64,000 bases of DNA from Planctomycetota bacterium (GCA_965223845.1 CBDCXR010000004.1:3104001-3168000), one strand, 5' to 3'; shown: positions 18,725 through 29,429, numbered from the stretch's first letter. Translations and numbers: made by a program. The notes: a model not told the origin generated them from the letters alone.

Positions 18725-19855
18725 TCAGTCGCCCTTTCGCCGGCGGTTTTCACGCTGGATCGCGCGGTAGCTCCGGTGAATCGCGCGCATGCGCTTCGTC
18801 TCGAGTGAACGCGCGGCGGCGTCGCGCCGCGTCTCGTGATAGCGCAGCTCACGGAGGAGCTTTTGGTAGCTTTCGAGCCTCTCGGCACCGAGCGCTCCCG
18901 CGTCGATCGCCGCGCGGACCGCGCATCCCGGTTCCGTATCGTGGGCGCAATCGCGGAATCGACACTGCTCCGCGAGCTCGATGATCTCTTCAAAAGTGGC
19001 GTCGGCGCCTTCGGTCGCATCCCAGAGCTGGAGCTCGCGCATACCGGGTGTATCGAGGACGAGCCCACCATCCTCGAGAAGGAAGAGCTGGCGTCGAGTC
19101 GTCGTGTGCCGGCCGCGGTCGTCGCCCGGTCGTACCGACTGAACGTCCTGAACCGCTCGACCGAGGAGCGCGTTGATGATCGTCGACTTCCCGACGCCCG
19201 AGGAGCCGACGAACCCGACCGTGCAGCCCCGGCCGAGATAAGTTCTCACGACGTCCAGCCCGTCTCCCCTGAGCGCACTCACGAGGTGAACCGGCGCGAC
19301 CGGAACCGCAGCCTCGACTTCCACTAGAACGGCGTCGGCGTCCTCGATGACGTCGGCCTTGTTGAGGACGACGACCGGCTTCGCTCCACTCTCCCACGTG
19401 GCGGTGAGGTACCGCTCGATTCGGCGCAGGTTGTAGTCTCCATCGAGGCCGGTCACTAAGAAAACGTAGTCGAGATTCGCAGCGACGACCTGCTCTTCGG
19501 TGCGATCCCCCGCCGCTTGCCGGGAGAAGCTCGATCGCCGGGATAGCACGGCGTGGATCGACGCGCGTCCGCCCGCGTCCGGCGCGCGCACCGCCACCCA
19601 GTCACCGACCGCGGGATAATCCCGCGGGCCGACCGCCTGGTGACGCAGCCGACCGGCGATCTCGGCGGCGCACTCGCCATCCGGTGTCCCTACGAAGTAG
19701 AGATCTCTCTCGCGCAGCATCACTCGCGCCGGCGCGAGTCCTTCGGATTCGAAACGAACAAACGCGCGCTCGAAGTGTTCGTTCCAGCCGAGGTCCACAA
19801 GCCCGCGATGGACGTCGTTCACTTCACCCTCCCACGTAGCAGCGAAGGCGCTCAT
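18725..19855 (-). CDS. rsgA: Ribosome small subunit-dependent GTPase A
   Basis: PAVGDWV, NKAD, GSSGVGKS, GRHTTT, DTPG in circularly permuted order; Zn finger CRFRDCAHDTEPGC. Alternative GTG start at 19822 has a GGAGG RBS. Confidence 0.96.
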   Translation of the reverse strand: MSAFAATWEGEVNDVHRGLVDLGWNEHFERAFVRFESEGLAPARVMLRERDLYFVGTPDGECAAEIAGRLRHQAVGPRDYPAVGDWVAVRAPDAGGRASIHAVLSRRSSFSRQAAGDRTEEQVVAANLDYVFLVTGLDGDYNLRRIERYLTATWESGAKPVVVLNKADVIEDADAVLVEVEAAVPVAPVHLVSALRGDGLDVVRTYLGRGCTVGFVGSSGVGKSTIINALLGRAVQDVQSVRPGDDRGRHTTTRRQLFLLEDGGLVLDTPGMRELQLWDATEGADATFEEIIELAEQCRFRDCAHDTEPGCAVRAAIDAGALGAERLESYQKLLRELRYHETRRDAAARSLETKRMRAIHRSYRAIQRENRRRKGD

Positions 19856-20072
19856 TCTCCGGCATGGCGCAAGAGAATGCTACTCGCGCCCAAGCGGAAG
19901 AGCCGCGCACCAAAGAGGGCGATGAACGCGTCACGAAAATCTTGCCGACCATCGACCCGAGACGCGAGCAATCCCGGGGATTTTCGCGGCTTCACGAGCT
20001 TGGCACTCGGTAGAATTCAGGGATTGTTCCGTCCCCTCACTGATCGTTTTTGCCCGCCGTTCGATCGTCACC

Positions 20073-22952
20073 ATGAATTCTCGCCACCGCGTCGCGGCGT
20101 CGTTCCTCTTCGTCGCGGCCATCGCGCTTCTCAGCGCTCCGCTTCGAGCGGACGAAAGCTCGCGATCCTCCTCCGTCGACTTCGCACGGGAAGTCCTCCC
20201 GATCCTCTCCGACAAGTGCTTCGCCTGCCACGGACCCGGCGCGGAAAAGAAGGACTTCCTCCGACTCGACTCGTTCGAGGGAGCGACGAGCGACCGCGGC
20301 GGCTACCGCGCGATCGATTCGTCGGAGCCCAAAAAGAGCGAAGTGCTCGTGCGGATCCATGACCGCGATGACCCGATGCCGCCGCGAAAAGCGGAGCGGC
20401 AGCTCACCGACCGCGAGCGCGCGGTCATCACGCGCTGGATACTGAGCGGCGGGAAGTACGCCGAGCACTGGGCGTTCGTTCCGCCGCGAGAAGCGGCTCC
20501 GCGCGAGACGGCGGAGCGCGCGGGGAGCACGAACCCGATCGACGCCTTCGTATTCGAGCAACTCGCCGAACGGGGAATCGAGTTCGCTCCTGAGGCCGAC
20601 CGGGCGACTCTCGCCCGCCGCGTGTCGCTCGTGCTCACCGGCCTTCCGCCCGAGCCGGAGCAGCTCGCCAGGTTCCTCGCGGACGTGCGACCCGACGCGT
20701 ACGAGCGGCTCGTCGATGAACTTCTCGCTAGCCCTCGTTACGGCGAGCACCAGGCACGCTACTGGCTCGACGCGATCCGCTACGGCGACACTCACGGCCT
20801 CCACCTCGACAACCGCCGCGGAATCTACCCCTACCGCGACTGGGTGATTCACGCGTTCAACGACAATCTGCCGCTCGATCGGTTTCTCACCGTCCAGCTC
20901 GCTGGTGATTTGCTGCCGAATCCTTCTCTCGGAGATCTCGTTGCGACTGGATTCGTCCGCATGAACCCGACAACGTCCGAGGGAGGAGCGCTGCCGGAAG
21001 AATTTCAGGCGAAGAATAACTTCGATCGCACGGAGACTCTCGGCACCGCCCTCCTCGGAATGACACTCACGTGCGCGCGTTGTCACACCCACAAGTACGA
21101 TCCGATTCCGCAAACCGAGTACTACCGACTCCTCGCGTTCTTCAACAGCACCGCGGAGCGCTCGATGGACGGAAACTCGTACACCTACGGTCCGGTGATT
21201 CGCGCGCCGGCGGATCAGACCGCTTGGAGCGAGTGGCAGGCGCTCGAGTCGACACGAGCCGCGCTGCTCTCCGCGGCGGAGACGGCGGTGCGTGCGAGGG
21301 GGAAGGACCTACTCACATTCGCCGTCGACAGTACGGAGTGGCGAACGAAGAATTGGCGATTGAGCGCGGCGCTCCCGGCCTCGGCGCCCGCGCCGAGCTT
21401 CGACGAGGCGAAGCCGATCGAAGGACTCCCCGGCGCGCTCAAGGAGAAGCTCCCGAAGACGGAGGAGGCGGTTTGGGCTAGGTTCGAGATCGAATCGACG
21501 GCAGCGCACCTCGTCCTTCTCAGCTTTTCCGGCGCCGCCGGGTCGGAAGTCTGGCTCGGGAGCGCGAAGGTCTCGGCGGTGTCCACCCACGCGACCGGTG
21601 AACGCGTCACCGAGGTTCCGCTCGCGCTCCCCGGCGGCTCCCATCGAGTTCGCATCAAGATGGTGGGCGCCGGACGCAGATCGAACATCGAAGTCCAGCT
21701 CCGGAATCCGTGGACCGCCTACGCGCAATCGAAGAGCTGGCGAGGTGCGACGGCGTCCGATCGTTTGTGGATGCTCGCCGACGAGGCGTCGCCATTCCGG
21801 CCGCTCAACCTCTTCGAGCTCGCGCGCGCCACCGCGCGCCACACCGCGATGGCAGAGTCGCGGTTCACGACGAGCCTCGTCGCGCGTGATCTCGATCAGC
21901 CGCGGCCGACGCGCCTCCTTCGGCGCGGCGAGTACAATCTCCCGATCGGAGAGCCTCTCGAGCCCGGAATCCTCTCGGTGATGGGAGCGTTTCCCGAGGA
22001 CGCACCTCGCAACCGACTCGGCCTGGCCCGCTGGCTGACTTCGCGCGATCACCCACTCGTTGCCCGCGTGCTCGTCAATCGCATTTGGCAGCGAATCTAC
22101 GGCGACGGGATCGTTCGTACGCCGGAAGACTTCGGCCGCCAGGGAGAGCAGCCGACGCACCCCGAGCTTCTCGATTGGCTCGCGGTAACGCTTCAAGACG
22201 ACGGCTGGGACATGAAGACGACGATCCGCCGGATGGTGACGAGCCGAACATTCCGTCAGAGCTCGAAACGACGCAAGGTCGTCGACGATCCGGAAAACCG
22301 TCTCTTTGCCCGCGGGCCGAGCTACCGCCTCGACGCCGAAGTTCTCCGCGACGTCGGACTGTGGGCGAGCGGTCTCCTCCTCCCCGACATGGGCGGTGAG
22401 GGCGTCAAGCCGTACCAGCCGGACGGTCTCTGGTCGGCGCTCGCGCACCCCGCGAGCAATACCAAGAAATACGTCCGCGACAAGGGCGAGAAGCTCTATC
22501 GCCGATCGATCTACGTCTACTGGAAGCGAACGAGCCCGCACCCGATGATGACGCTCTTCGACGCGCCGAGCCGCGAGTCGAGCTGCGTACGGCGATCGCG
22601 AACGGACACCTCGCTCCAGTCACTCGCACTCTTCAACGAGACCCAGCGAACGGAGATGGCGCGAGTTCTCGCCGGACGGATTCTCCGCGAACGCACGGTC
22701 GACACGGAGCGCCTCGACCTTCTCTTCGGACTCCTCGCTTGTCGCTCGCCGACGGACGTCGAGCGGCGCGCGTGCGAAGCCCTACTCGCGGCGTCGCGCG
22801 CACGATTTACGGCAGTGAGCGGAGATGCCGAATCTCTGCTCGCGATCGGCGACGCTCCGCGCGCGGAAACGATGTCCGCCGCCGATCTCGCCGCGTGGAC
22901 GCAAGTCACGACGACGGTGCTCGCGAGCGATGTCGCGATCCTTCTCTATTGA
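20073..22952 (+). CDS. PSD1/DUF1553-DUF1549 planctomycete cytochrome c domain protein
   Basis: Signal peptide; VDFAREVLPILSDKCFACHG; CARCHTHK; WLDAIRYGDT; NRIWQ; PTHPELLDWLA; RRSIY. Confidence 0.94.
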   Translation: MNSRHRVAASFLFVAAIALLSAPLRADESSRSSSVDFAREVLPILSDKCFACHGPGAEKKDFLRLDSFEGATSDRGGYRAIDSSEPKKSEVLVRIHDRDDPMPPRKAERQLTDRERAVITRWILSGGKYAEHWAFVPPREAAPRETAERAGSTNPIDAFVFEQLAERGIEFAPEADRATLARRVSLVLTGLPPEPEQLARFLADVRPDAYERLVDELLASPRYGEHQARYWLDAIRYGDTHGLHLDNRRGIYPYRDWVIHAFNDNLPLDRFLTVQLAGDLLPNPSLGDLVATGFVRMNPTTSEGGALPEEFQAKNNFDRTETLGTALLGMTLTCARCHTHKYDPIPQTEYYRLLAFFNSTAERSMDGNSYTYGPVIRAPADQTAWSEWQALESTRAALLSAAETAVRARGKDLLTFAVDSTEWRTKNWRLSAALPASAPAPSFDEAKPIEGLPGALKEKLPKTEEAVWARFEIESTAAHLVLLSFSGAAGSEVWLGSAKVSAVSTHATGERVTEVPLALPGGSHRVRIKMVGAGRRSNIEVQLRNPWTAYAQSKSWRGATASDRLWMLADEASPFRPLNLFELARATARHTAMAESRFTTSLVARDLDQPRPTRLLRRGEYNLPIGEPLEPGILSVMGAFPEDAPRNRLGLARWLTSRDHPLVARVLVNRIWQRIYGDGIVRTPEDFGRQGEQPTHPELLDWLAVTLQDDGWDMKTTIRRMVTSRTFRQSSKRRKVVDDPENRLFARGPSYRLDAEVLRDVGLWASGLLLPDMGGEGVKPYQPDGLWSALAHPASNTKKYVRDKGEKLYRRSIYVYWKRTSPHPMMTLFDAPSRESSCVRRSRTDTSLQSLALFNETQRTEMARVLAGRILRERTVDTERLDLLFGLLACRSPTDVERRACEALLAASRARFTAVSGDAESLLAIGDAPRAETMSAADLAAWTQVTTTVLASDVAILLY

Positions 22953-23018
22953 AACGAGGCTCTCGGTCCCTCGACCGAGTCGCCACCCTCGAATCACCGC
23001 CAAGGCCGAACTCGATTC

Positions 23019-24524
23019 ATGAACGACGCCCACCCCCAACGCGAACTCGAACTCCTGATGACCCGCCGGCAGCTCTTCGGCCGGTCGGCTCTCGGCGTCG
23101 GCACCGCGGCGCTCGCCGGCTTGCTCGGCGACCGGCTCGTCGCGTCCGAAAACGCCGGGCGCGATGGGCTACACCATCCCGCGAAAGCGAAGCGCGTCAT
23201 CTACCTCTTCATGAGCGGCGGCCCGAGCCACCACGATCTCTGGGACTACAAGCCGAAAATGCGCGACATGTTCGGTGAGCAGCTCCCGGATCACGTACGC
23301 GACGGCCAGCGCATCACGGGGATGACCAGCAATCAGAGAAACGGTCTTCCCGTCGCGCCGTCGAAGTACAAGTTCACTCGCTACGACAACAATGATCGCG
23401 GCGTCTGGATCAGCGAGCTCCTCCCGCACACGGCGAAAGTCGCAAGCGAGCTCTGCGTCGTCCACTCTGCGTTTACCGAGGCGATCAATCACGATCCGGC
23501 GATCACCTACATTCAGACAGGGAGCCAGATTCCCGGCCGTCCGAGCCTCGGCGCGTGGGTGAGCTACGGCCTCGGGAGCCTCAACGAGAATCTGCCCGGC
23601 TACGTCGTCATGCACGCGCGGAGCCGTTTCCCCGAGCAGAGCCTGTTCAATCGCCTCTGGGGAACGGGATTCATGCCTTCTCAGCACCAAGGCATTCTTC
23701 TCCGCAGCCAAGGAGACCCGGTTCTCTACCTCAGCAATCCAGCGGGAGTGACACGCGAGGACCGCCGAGCCCAGCTCGACGCGCTCGCGGCGATCAACGG
23801 CGAGCAGTACGCCCGGTTCGCGCATCCAGAGATCCTCTCGCGCATCGAGCAGCACGAGATGGCGTACCGTATGCAGGCTTCCGTGCCCGAGCTGATGGAC
23901 CTCTCCGGCGAGAGCGACCGGACGTTCGAGCTCTACGGTGAAGAGGCGCGCGAGCCCGGGACGTTCGCGGCGTGCTGCCTGAATGCGCGCCGCCTCGCGG
24001 AGAGAGGCGTACGCAACATTCAGATCTTTCACCGGGGCTGGGACGCGCACGGCAACCTTCCGCGCGAGCACGAGTCGCAGTGTAAGGACATCGACCAAGG
24101 CTGTGCGGCACTCATCACGGACCTCAAGAGTCGCGGGATGCTCGACGACACCCTCGTCGTCTGGGGCGGCGAGTTCGGACGCACGGCCTACTGCCAAGGC
24201 GGCCTATCGCGGGCGAACTACGGCCGGGACCACCATCCCCGGTGCTTCTCGGTTTGGTTCGCGGGCGGAGGCATCAAGCCGGGGATCACCTACGGCCGGA
24301 CGGACGACTACGGCTACAACATCGTCGATGCGGACGGCAACACGCTCACGCCGCAGCCGACGAAAGAGCACTGGACGCCCGGGACGATGCATGTCCACGA
24401 TCTCAACGCGACGATTCTCCACCTCCTCGGCATCGATCATCGCCGGCTCACGTTTCGTTACCAGGGGCGAGAGTTCCGCCTCACGGACATTCACGGCCAC
24501 GTGATCGACGACATCCTCGCTTGA
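23019..24524 (+). CDS. DUF1501 domain-containing protein (partner of the PSD1 gene)
   Basis: TRRQLF Tat-like signal; AKAKRVIYLFMSGGPS, ARRLAERGVR, WDAH, GEFGRT, GRDHHP, FRLTD. Confidence 0.94.
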   Translation: MNDAHPQRELELLMTRRQLFGRSALGVGTAALAGLLGDRLVASENAGRDGLHHPAKAKRVIYLFMSGGPSHHDLWDYKPKMRDMFGEQLPDHVRDGQRITGMTSNQRNGLPVAPSKYKFTRYDNNDRGVWISELLPHTAKVASELCVVHSAFTEAINHDPAITYIQTGSQIPGRPSLGAWVSYGLGSLNENLPGYVVMHARSRFPEQSLFNRLWGTGFMPSQHQGILLRSQGDPVLYLSNPAGVTREDRRAQLDALAAINGEQYARFAHPEILSRIEQHEMAYRMQASVPELMDLSGESDRTFELYGEEAREPGTFAACCLNARRLAERGVRNIQIFHRGWDAHGNLPREHESQCKDIDQGCAALITDLKSRGMLDDTLVVWGGEFGRTAYCQGGLSRANYGRDHHPRCFSVWFAGGGIKPGITYGRTDDYGYNIVDADGNTLTPQPTKEHWTPGTMHVHDLNATILHLLGIDHRRLTFRYQGREFRLTDIHGHVIDDILA

Positions 24525-24560
24525 TCGAGCGGCGGTTCGTTTCGAGCCATCCGGCCGAAC

Positions 24561-24977
24561 CTATTCCGCGGCTGAAGCCCCGACCCAACACGCGCCGGCG
24601 TCGTCCCAGCGGAACTTCGTACGAACGGATTCGAACGCCTCCAGGATCGCGGTGCGAAGCTCGCTCTCGGAGAAATCGCTGGCCGGCCCGGCCGATTTGA
24701 GCGCGCTTCCGACGACGTCCTTGGCGAATCGTCCGGCGACCCCGCCGCCGATCGAGCTCGAGACCATTCGCGTCACAGAACGCTGCAAACCGCCCCAGAG
24801 GTTTTTCTTCGCCGAACGTTCGGCGGTCGCGGCGACCGATGTCGACTTCTTGAGACGGGCGCGGCCCATCACTTCGACTCCGGTCGTGGGGCAGCGAAAT
24901 CCGACGGACAGGGTGCTGCCCTTCTGATCCTGGCTGCAGATCAGGGGCGCGATGGAATCGTAACTGGGGGATGTCAT
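24561..24977 (-). CDS. Hypothetical protein (138 aa)
   Basis: RBS GAGAGG before ATG 24977 (MTSPSYDSIAPLI...FRCPTTG...); protein-like composition; the upstream ORF extension looks non-coding. Confidence 0.72.
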   Translation of the reverse strand: MTSPSYDSIAPLICSQDQKGSTLSVGFRCPTTGVEVMGRARLKKSTSVAATAERSAKKNLWGGLQRSVTRMVSSSIGGGVAGRFAKDVVGSALKSAGPASDFSESELRTAILEAFESVRTKFRWDDAGACWVGASAAE

Positions 24978-25288
24978 GGTCGCGGTCCTCTCGTCTGGCC
25001 ACCTGGTGGCGACGTTCGTGGCGTCGATCCGGCGCCCGACCTCCTCGAGCGCGCCTACTTGGTGACGCGTCGCGGACTTCCGAAAGCGGAAACGATTTCT
25101 CGGCGAAATCTGAGCGAACCGGCGCCACGCGCCGAGAGGGCGCCCTCCGGCGCCCGCAAACTCCGGTAACGCAAACGCCCCGTTCGACTTGCGCGCGTCC
25201 GAGCGAATCCGGAGAATTGGAAGGGACCGTCGGCCCCCTCGAGACATCGGTGCCGATCGGCGAGCTCTCTCTCCGGTGATTCGGGACC

Positions 25289-25855
25289 ATGCGGGACGCT
25301 GCCACCGTTCAGCTGCTCACTCGCGTCTGCGAGGGTGATCGAGACGCCGCGCGCGACCTGATGCCGATCGTCTACGATCGCCTCCGCGCGCTGGCTGCGA
25401 GCTACTTCCAGCGGGAACGCTCGGATCACACGCTCCAGCCGACCGCTCTCGTCAACGAGGCGTTCGTCCAGCTCGTCGACCGCAAGGACCCTCGCTGGAA
25501 CGGCCGGACGCACTTCTTCGCGATCGCCGCGAGTGAGATGCGACGCATCCTCGTCGATCATGCGCGAGCCAGGCATGCCCTCAAGCGCGGCGGTGGCCGC
25601 CGCCGAGTGACCCTCAGCGGCCTGGCGTCGGAGCTGCCGTCGCAGCTCGATGCGATGGCGCTCGACGACGCGCTCCGCTCCCTCTCCGAGGTCGATGAAC
25701 GAGCGGCTCGGATCGTCGAGCTGCGCTACTTCGGCGGACTCGCCGTCGAGGAGATCGCGTCCGTGCTCGGCGTGACGTCTCGCACGATTCGGAACGACTG
25801 GCGCACTGCGCGCGCGTGGCTCCTCGCAGAGCTCGGGAAACCCGATGCGAATTGA
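25289..25855 (+). CDS. ECF sigma factor of the TIGR02999 (kinase-associated) type
   Basis: VYDRLRALA, DHTLQPTALVNEA, HFFAIAA..MRRILVDHAR, IVELRYFGGL..EEIA, DWRTARAWL; overlaps the start of the kinase gene. Confidence 0.95.
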   Translation: MRDAATVQLLTRVCEGDRDAARDLMPIVYDRLRALAASYFQRERSDHTLQPTALVNEAFVQLVDRKDPRWNGRTHFFAIAASEMRRILVDHARARHALKRGGGRRRVTLSGLASELPSQLDAMALDDALRSLSEVDERAARIVELRYFGGLAVEEIASVLGVTSRTIRNDWRTARAWLLAELGKPDAN

Positions 25856-28800
25856 CCCCACCGAGTACCGGCGAATCAAAGAGCTGTTTCTCGAGGCCGC
25901 CGACCTCCCCCCGGAGGCGCGGAAGAGCTTCCTCGACGAGCGCTGCGAGAACGCTTCGGAGCGCGAACGCCTCGAGGGGATGCTCGAGCAGGACACGCCC
26001 GAATTCGAAACGAAGAGTGACGAGTTCGCCAAGCCGCTCGCCCACATCGACGACAAGATCGGCCCCTACCGCATTCTCGATCACCTCGGAGAGGGGGGAT
26101 TTTGCGTCGTCTACCTCGCCGAGCAGACCGTCCCCTTGCGCCGGCAGGTCGCACTCAAGCTCATCAAGCCCGGACTCGACACCCGGAGCGTGATCGCTCG
26201 CTTCGAGGTAGAACGTCAAGCTCTTGCGATGATGAGCCATCCGGGCATCGCGCGCATCTACGACTCCGGCGTCACGCCGCAGGGTCGTCCGTACTTCGCG
26301 ATGGAGTATGTTCCCGGGATTCCCATCACCGACTACTGCGATCGCCAGCGTCTCACCATCGAAGAGCGCCTGCGACTTTTCGTGGAAGTCTGCGACGCAG
26401 TTCAGCACGCACACCACAAGGCGATCATCCATCGCGACATCAAGCCTTCGAACGTCTTGGTCGCGAAGGTCGACGGCGCGCCCGTGCTCAAGGTCATCGA
26501 TTTCGGGATCGCGAAATCCCTGGCGCAGAAGCTCACCGATCTCACCCTCCACACCATGCAGGGTCAATTCATCGGTACGCCCGAGTACATGAGTCCGGAA
26601 CAAGCCTCTGGTTCGGGCCTCGATGTCGACACGCGAACCGACGTCTACGCCCTCGGGGTCCTCCTCTACGAGCTGCTCGTCGGCCGGGTGCCCGTCGACA
26701 GCGCTCTCCTTCGGGGCTCGGGAATTCGGGAGCTGCAGAACTTCATCGGCGCCTACGAACCGCGGCGCCCCAGCTCTCGCCTCCGCGAGCTCGACGACGA
26801 AACGGCGACGCGGAATGCGGCCAGTCGGAAGTCGGATCCCCTCGCACTCGCAAATCGCGTACGCGGCGACCTGGATTGGATCACCCTCAAGGCCATCGCG
26901 AAGGAACCCGAGCGGAGGTACGCGACGCCCTCGGAGCTCGCCCGAGACATTCATCGCTACTTCGAGAACGACAACGTTTCGGCGACGCCTCCGAGTCTCG
27001 GGTACCGAGTGAAGAAGCTGTGGAAACGCAATCGCGGCCTTCTTTCCAGCGCCGCTCTCGTCTTCGTGGCGCTCGCCTCGGGAGTCGTGGTCAGCTCAGC
27101 GCTCTACTGGGAGTCGGAGAAGACGAACGCGCTTCTCGAGGACGCGCTCGTCCGATCGGAAGGGCTCCGCCTAGTCGCGGCGTCGGCGGCGGCGGTCGCC
27201 ACCGATCCGGACACCGGGCTGCTCCTCGCGCTAGAGGGAGCCCAGCGCTACCGCGGACGAGAGTCGAGCTCCGCGGTGCTCTCGGCGCTCGGACATTTCG
27301 TTCCGCACCGGACAGTCGTCGGCCATTCGCGTTGGGTGCGTTCCTGCGACTTCGATTCGAGCGGCACGCGATTCCTCACGGCGTCCCTCGATGGAACGGC
27401 GAGCGTCTGGAACGCCTCGAGCGGTGAGCTCATCCGAGTGCTGCGTTTCCACGAGAAGCCCGTCGAGTTTGCGCGGTTCAGTCCGAACGGAAAGCAGATC
27501 GCGATCGCCGCGCGGGACGGCTCCGTGTCGATCGTGAAGGATAGCGGCGAGCTCGTTCGGAAGCTCTCCGGGTTCGCCGGTCACGTCATTTGGGTCGACT
27601 GGCTCGACGACGACCGCGTAGTCGGAGTGTCGTCCTGGTTCGTAAAGGCGTTTCGCGTCTCTACCGGTGATGCCCTCGCTTCGCACCGAACCGCCGGCAA
27701 GGGGCACCTCGCCGCCGCGGCGCGAAATTCTCAGGGAGATCTCGTCGTCGCCGGTGATTCAGTCGGAGGTGTTCAGGTCTTCGGATTGGAAGATTCGACG
27801 ATTCGAACCCACTTCGAAGGCCGAACGGAGATCCGGACGATCGAGTTCAGCCCGGACGGCAAACGCGTGCTCGTGGCGAACCTCCGTCGCGCCTACGTGC
27901 GAGACCTCGCCACGAAAGAGATCGTGCTCCGGCTCGAGCGGATCAAACGCCACGTTCTCGGCGCGCGCTACTCCCCCGATGGGCGGTGGATCGTCAGCGT
28001 TTCCGACGACTGGCGCCCCCTACTCTGGAATGCCGAGACCGGCGAGCTGCACCGTGCATTCGAAGGTCACTCGTCCAGCGTGATCTGCGCCGCGTTCAGT
28101 CCCGATGGATCGCGACTCGTCACAGGATCGATCGACAACACCGCTCGGATCTGGAACGTGCTGACGGGTGAGCTCGAGTCCACACTCCGCGCACACAGCC
28201 GAAAAGTAACGCACGTCGAGTTCAGTCGGGACGGGACTCGAGTCGGCACGGCATCGATGGATACGACGGCCGGCATCTGGCACGTCGGTTCTCGAGCCAT
28301 TCCCCGGTTTGAGCATACTGACCGAATCGAGACGATCGACGTCTCCCGCGACGACAGCCGAGTGGTCTCGGCGTCATGGAATGCGGAAGCGGTGATCTGG
28401 GACATCGCAAACCGAAGACGCCTCGTGACTCTCCGCGGACACCGCCAGGGCGTGAGCTCAGCACGCTTCAGCGCCGACGGCAGCCGGATCCTCACGCGGA
28501 GTGTCCACGGCCGGACGGTTCGGATCTGGAACGCCGTGACCGGCGACGAGCTCCGGCAGTGGAAGCAAGACGGCGACACGCTGACGGCTTCGCTCAGCCC
28601 GGACGGCCTCCGCATCGTCATCGCCGATCGCAGCGCGGCGGAGTCTCGGCTCTACGACACATCGAGCGGGGAGCTTCTTCGCTCGTTTCCGATCGAGGGG
28701 AAAGTTGTGTGGCAATCGGGTTTCACGCCGGACGGAGGGGCGGTGTACGCGACCTCCGACCGCGGCGTGTACGTGTGGGATGCTCAGTCGGGCGCGGAAA

Positions 28801-29429
28801 CGTGCGTCCTCCGCGATCACGACGGATACGTTCTCGTTCGCGGACTTCACGGCGCGAGTCGCCGGATGCTCACGATCGGTCACGACGGCTTCGCGCGTCT
28901 CTGGGACTACCGCACCGGCGCAAAACTCGCTGAGTTTCCCCACGAACGCCAACTCAACGAGGCCTGTCTGAGCGACGACGGAACTCGGGCGCTCACGACG
29001 GCGCACGAGGACGTCGCGCGAGTTTGGGACACACAGAGCGGTGAGCTTCTCCTCACACTCTCCGGCCACGAGGCCAGGCTCTGCTCGCTGTCGTTCAGTG
29101 GAGATGGCCGGAGGATCCTGACGGCCGCGTTCGATGCGACCGCGAGAGTCTGGGACGCGGAGACCGGCGAAGAGTTGCTCGCCTACCGCGGTCATTCCTC
29201 GCGGCTTCAGCGCGACGCGCGATTCTTGCACGGCGGGAAGTGGGCCATCACTGCGTCCTTCGACAACACGATTCACATCTGGCCCGTCGAGCCGGTCGAG
29301 GTCGCCGAGTCGCTCCGGCCGCGCGAGCTCTATCCGCTCGAACGCAAGCGGTTTTCGGTTCCGGACGGCGCGATTCCGAGTCCTCGAGCGGTGTTGGAGA
29401 ATCACACCGAGCGGTCGAGGCAAGAATGA
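25845..29429 (+). CDS. Hanks-type Ser/Thr protein kinase with TM segment and C-terminal WD40 repeats
   Basis: GEGGF, VALK, HRDIKPSN, DFG, GTPEYMSPE, DVYALG; TM AALVFVALASGVVVSSALYW; many GH...FSPDG...D.TARIW repeats. Confidence 0.96.
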   Translation: MRIDPTEYRRIKELFLEAADLPPEARKSFLDERCENASERERLEGMLEQDTPEFETKSDEFAKPLAHIDDKIGPYRILDHLGEGGFCVVYLAEQTVPLRRQVALKLIKPGLDTRSVIARFEVERQALAMMSHPGIARIYDSGVTPQGRPYFAMEYVPGIPITDYCDRQRLTIEERLRLFVEVCDAVQHAHHKAIIHRDIKPSNVLVAKVDGAPVLKVIDFGIAKSLAQKLTDLTLHTMQGQFIGTPEYMSPEQASGSGLDVDTRTDVYALGVLLYELLVGRVPVDSALLRGSGIRELQNFIGAYEPRRPSSRLRELDDETATRNAASRKSDPLALANRVRGDLDWITLKAIAKEPERRYATPSELARDIHRYFENDNVSATPPSLGYRVKKLWKRNRGLLSSAALVFVALASGVVVSSALYWESEKTNALLEDALVRSEGLRLVAASAAAVATDPDTGLLLALEGAQRYRGRESSSAVLSALGHFVPHRTVVGHSRWVRSCDFDSSGTRFLTASLDGTASVWNASSGELIRVLRFHEKPVEFARFSPNGKQIAIAARDGSVSIVKDSGELVRKLSGFAGHVIWVDWLDDDRVVGVSSWFVKAFRVSTGDALASHRTAGKGHLAAAARNSQGDLVVAGDSVGGVQVFGLEDSTIRTHFEGRTEIRTIEFSPDGKRVLVANLRRAYVRDLATKEIVLRLERIKRHVLGARYSPDGRWIVSVSDDWRPLLWNAETGELHRAFEGHSSSVICAAFSPDGSRLVTGSIDNTARIWNVLTGELESTLRAHSRKVTHVEFSRDGTRVGTASMDTTAGIWHVGSRAIPRFEHTDRIETIDVSRDDSRVVSASWNAEAVIWDIANRRRLVTLRGHRQGVSSARFSADGSRILTRSVHGRTVRIWNAVTGDELRQWKQDGDTLTASLSPDGLRIVIADRSAAESRLYDTSSGELLRSFPIEGKVVWQSGFTPDGGAVYATSDRGVYVWDAQSGAETCVLRDHDGYVLVRGLHGASRRMLTIGHDGFARLWDYRTGAKLAEFPHERQLNEACLSDDGTRALTTAHEDVARVWDTQSGELLLTLSGHEARLCSLSFSGDGRRILTAAFDATARVWDAETGEELLAYRGHSSRLQRDARFLHGGKWAITASFDNTIHIWPVEPVEVAESLRPRELYPLERKRFSVPDGAIPSPRAVLENHTERSRQE

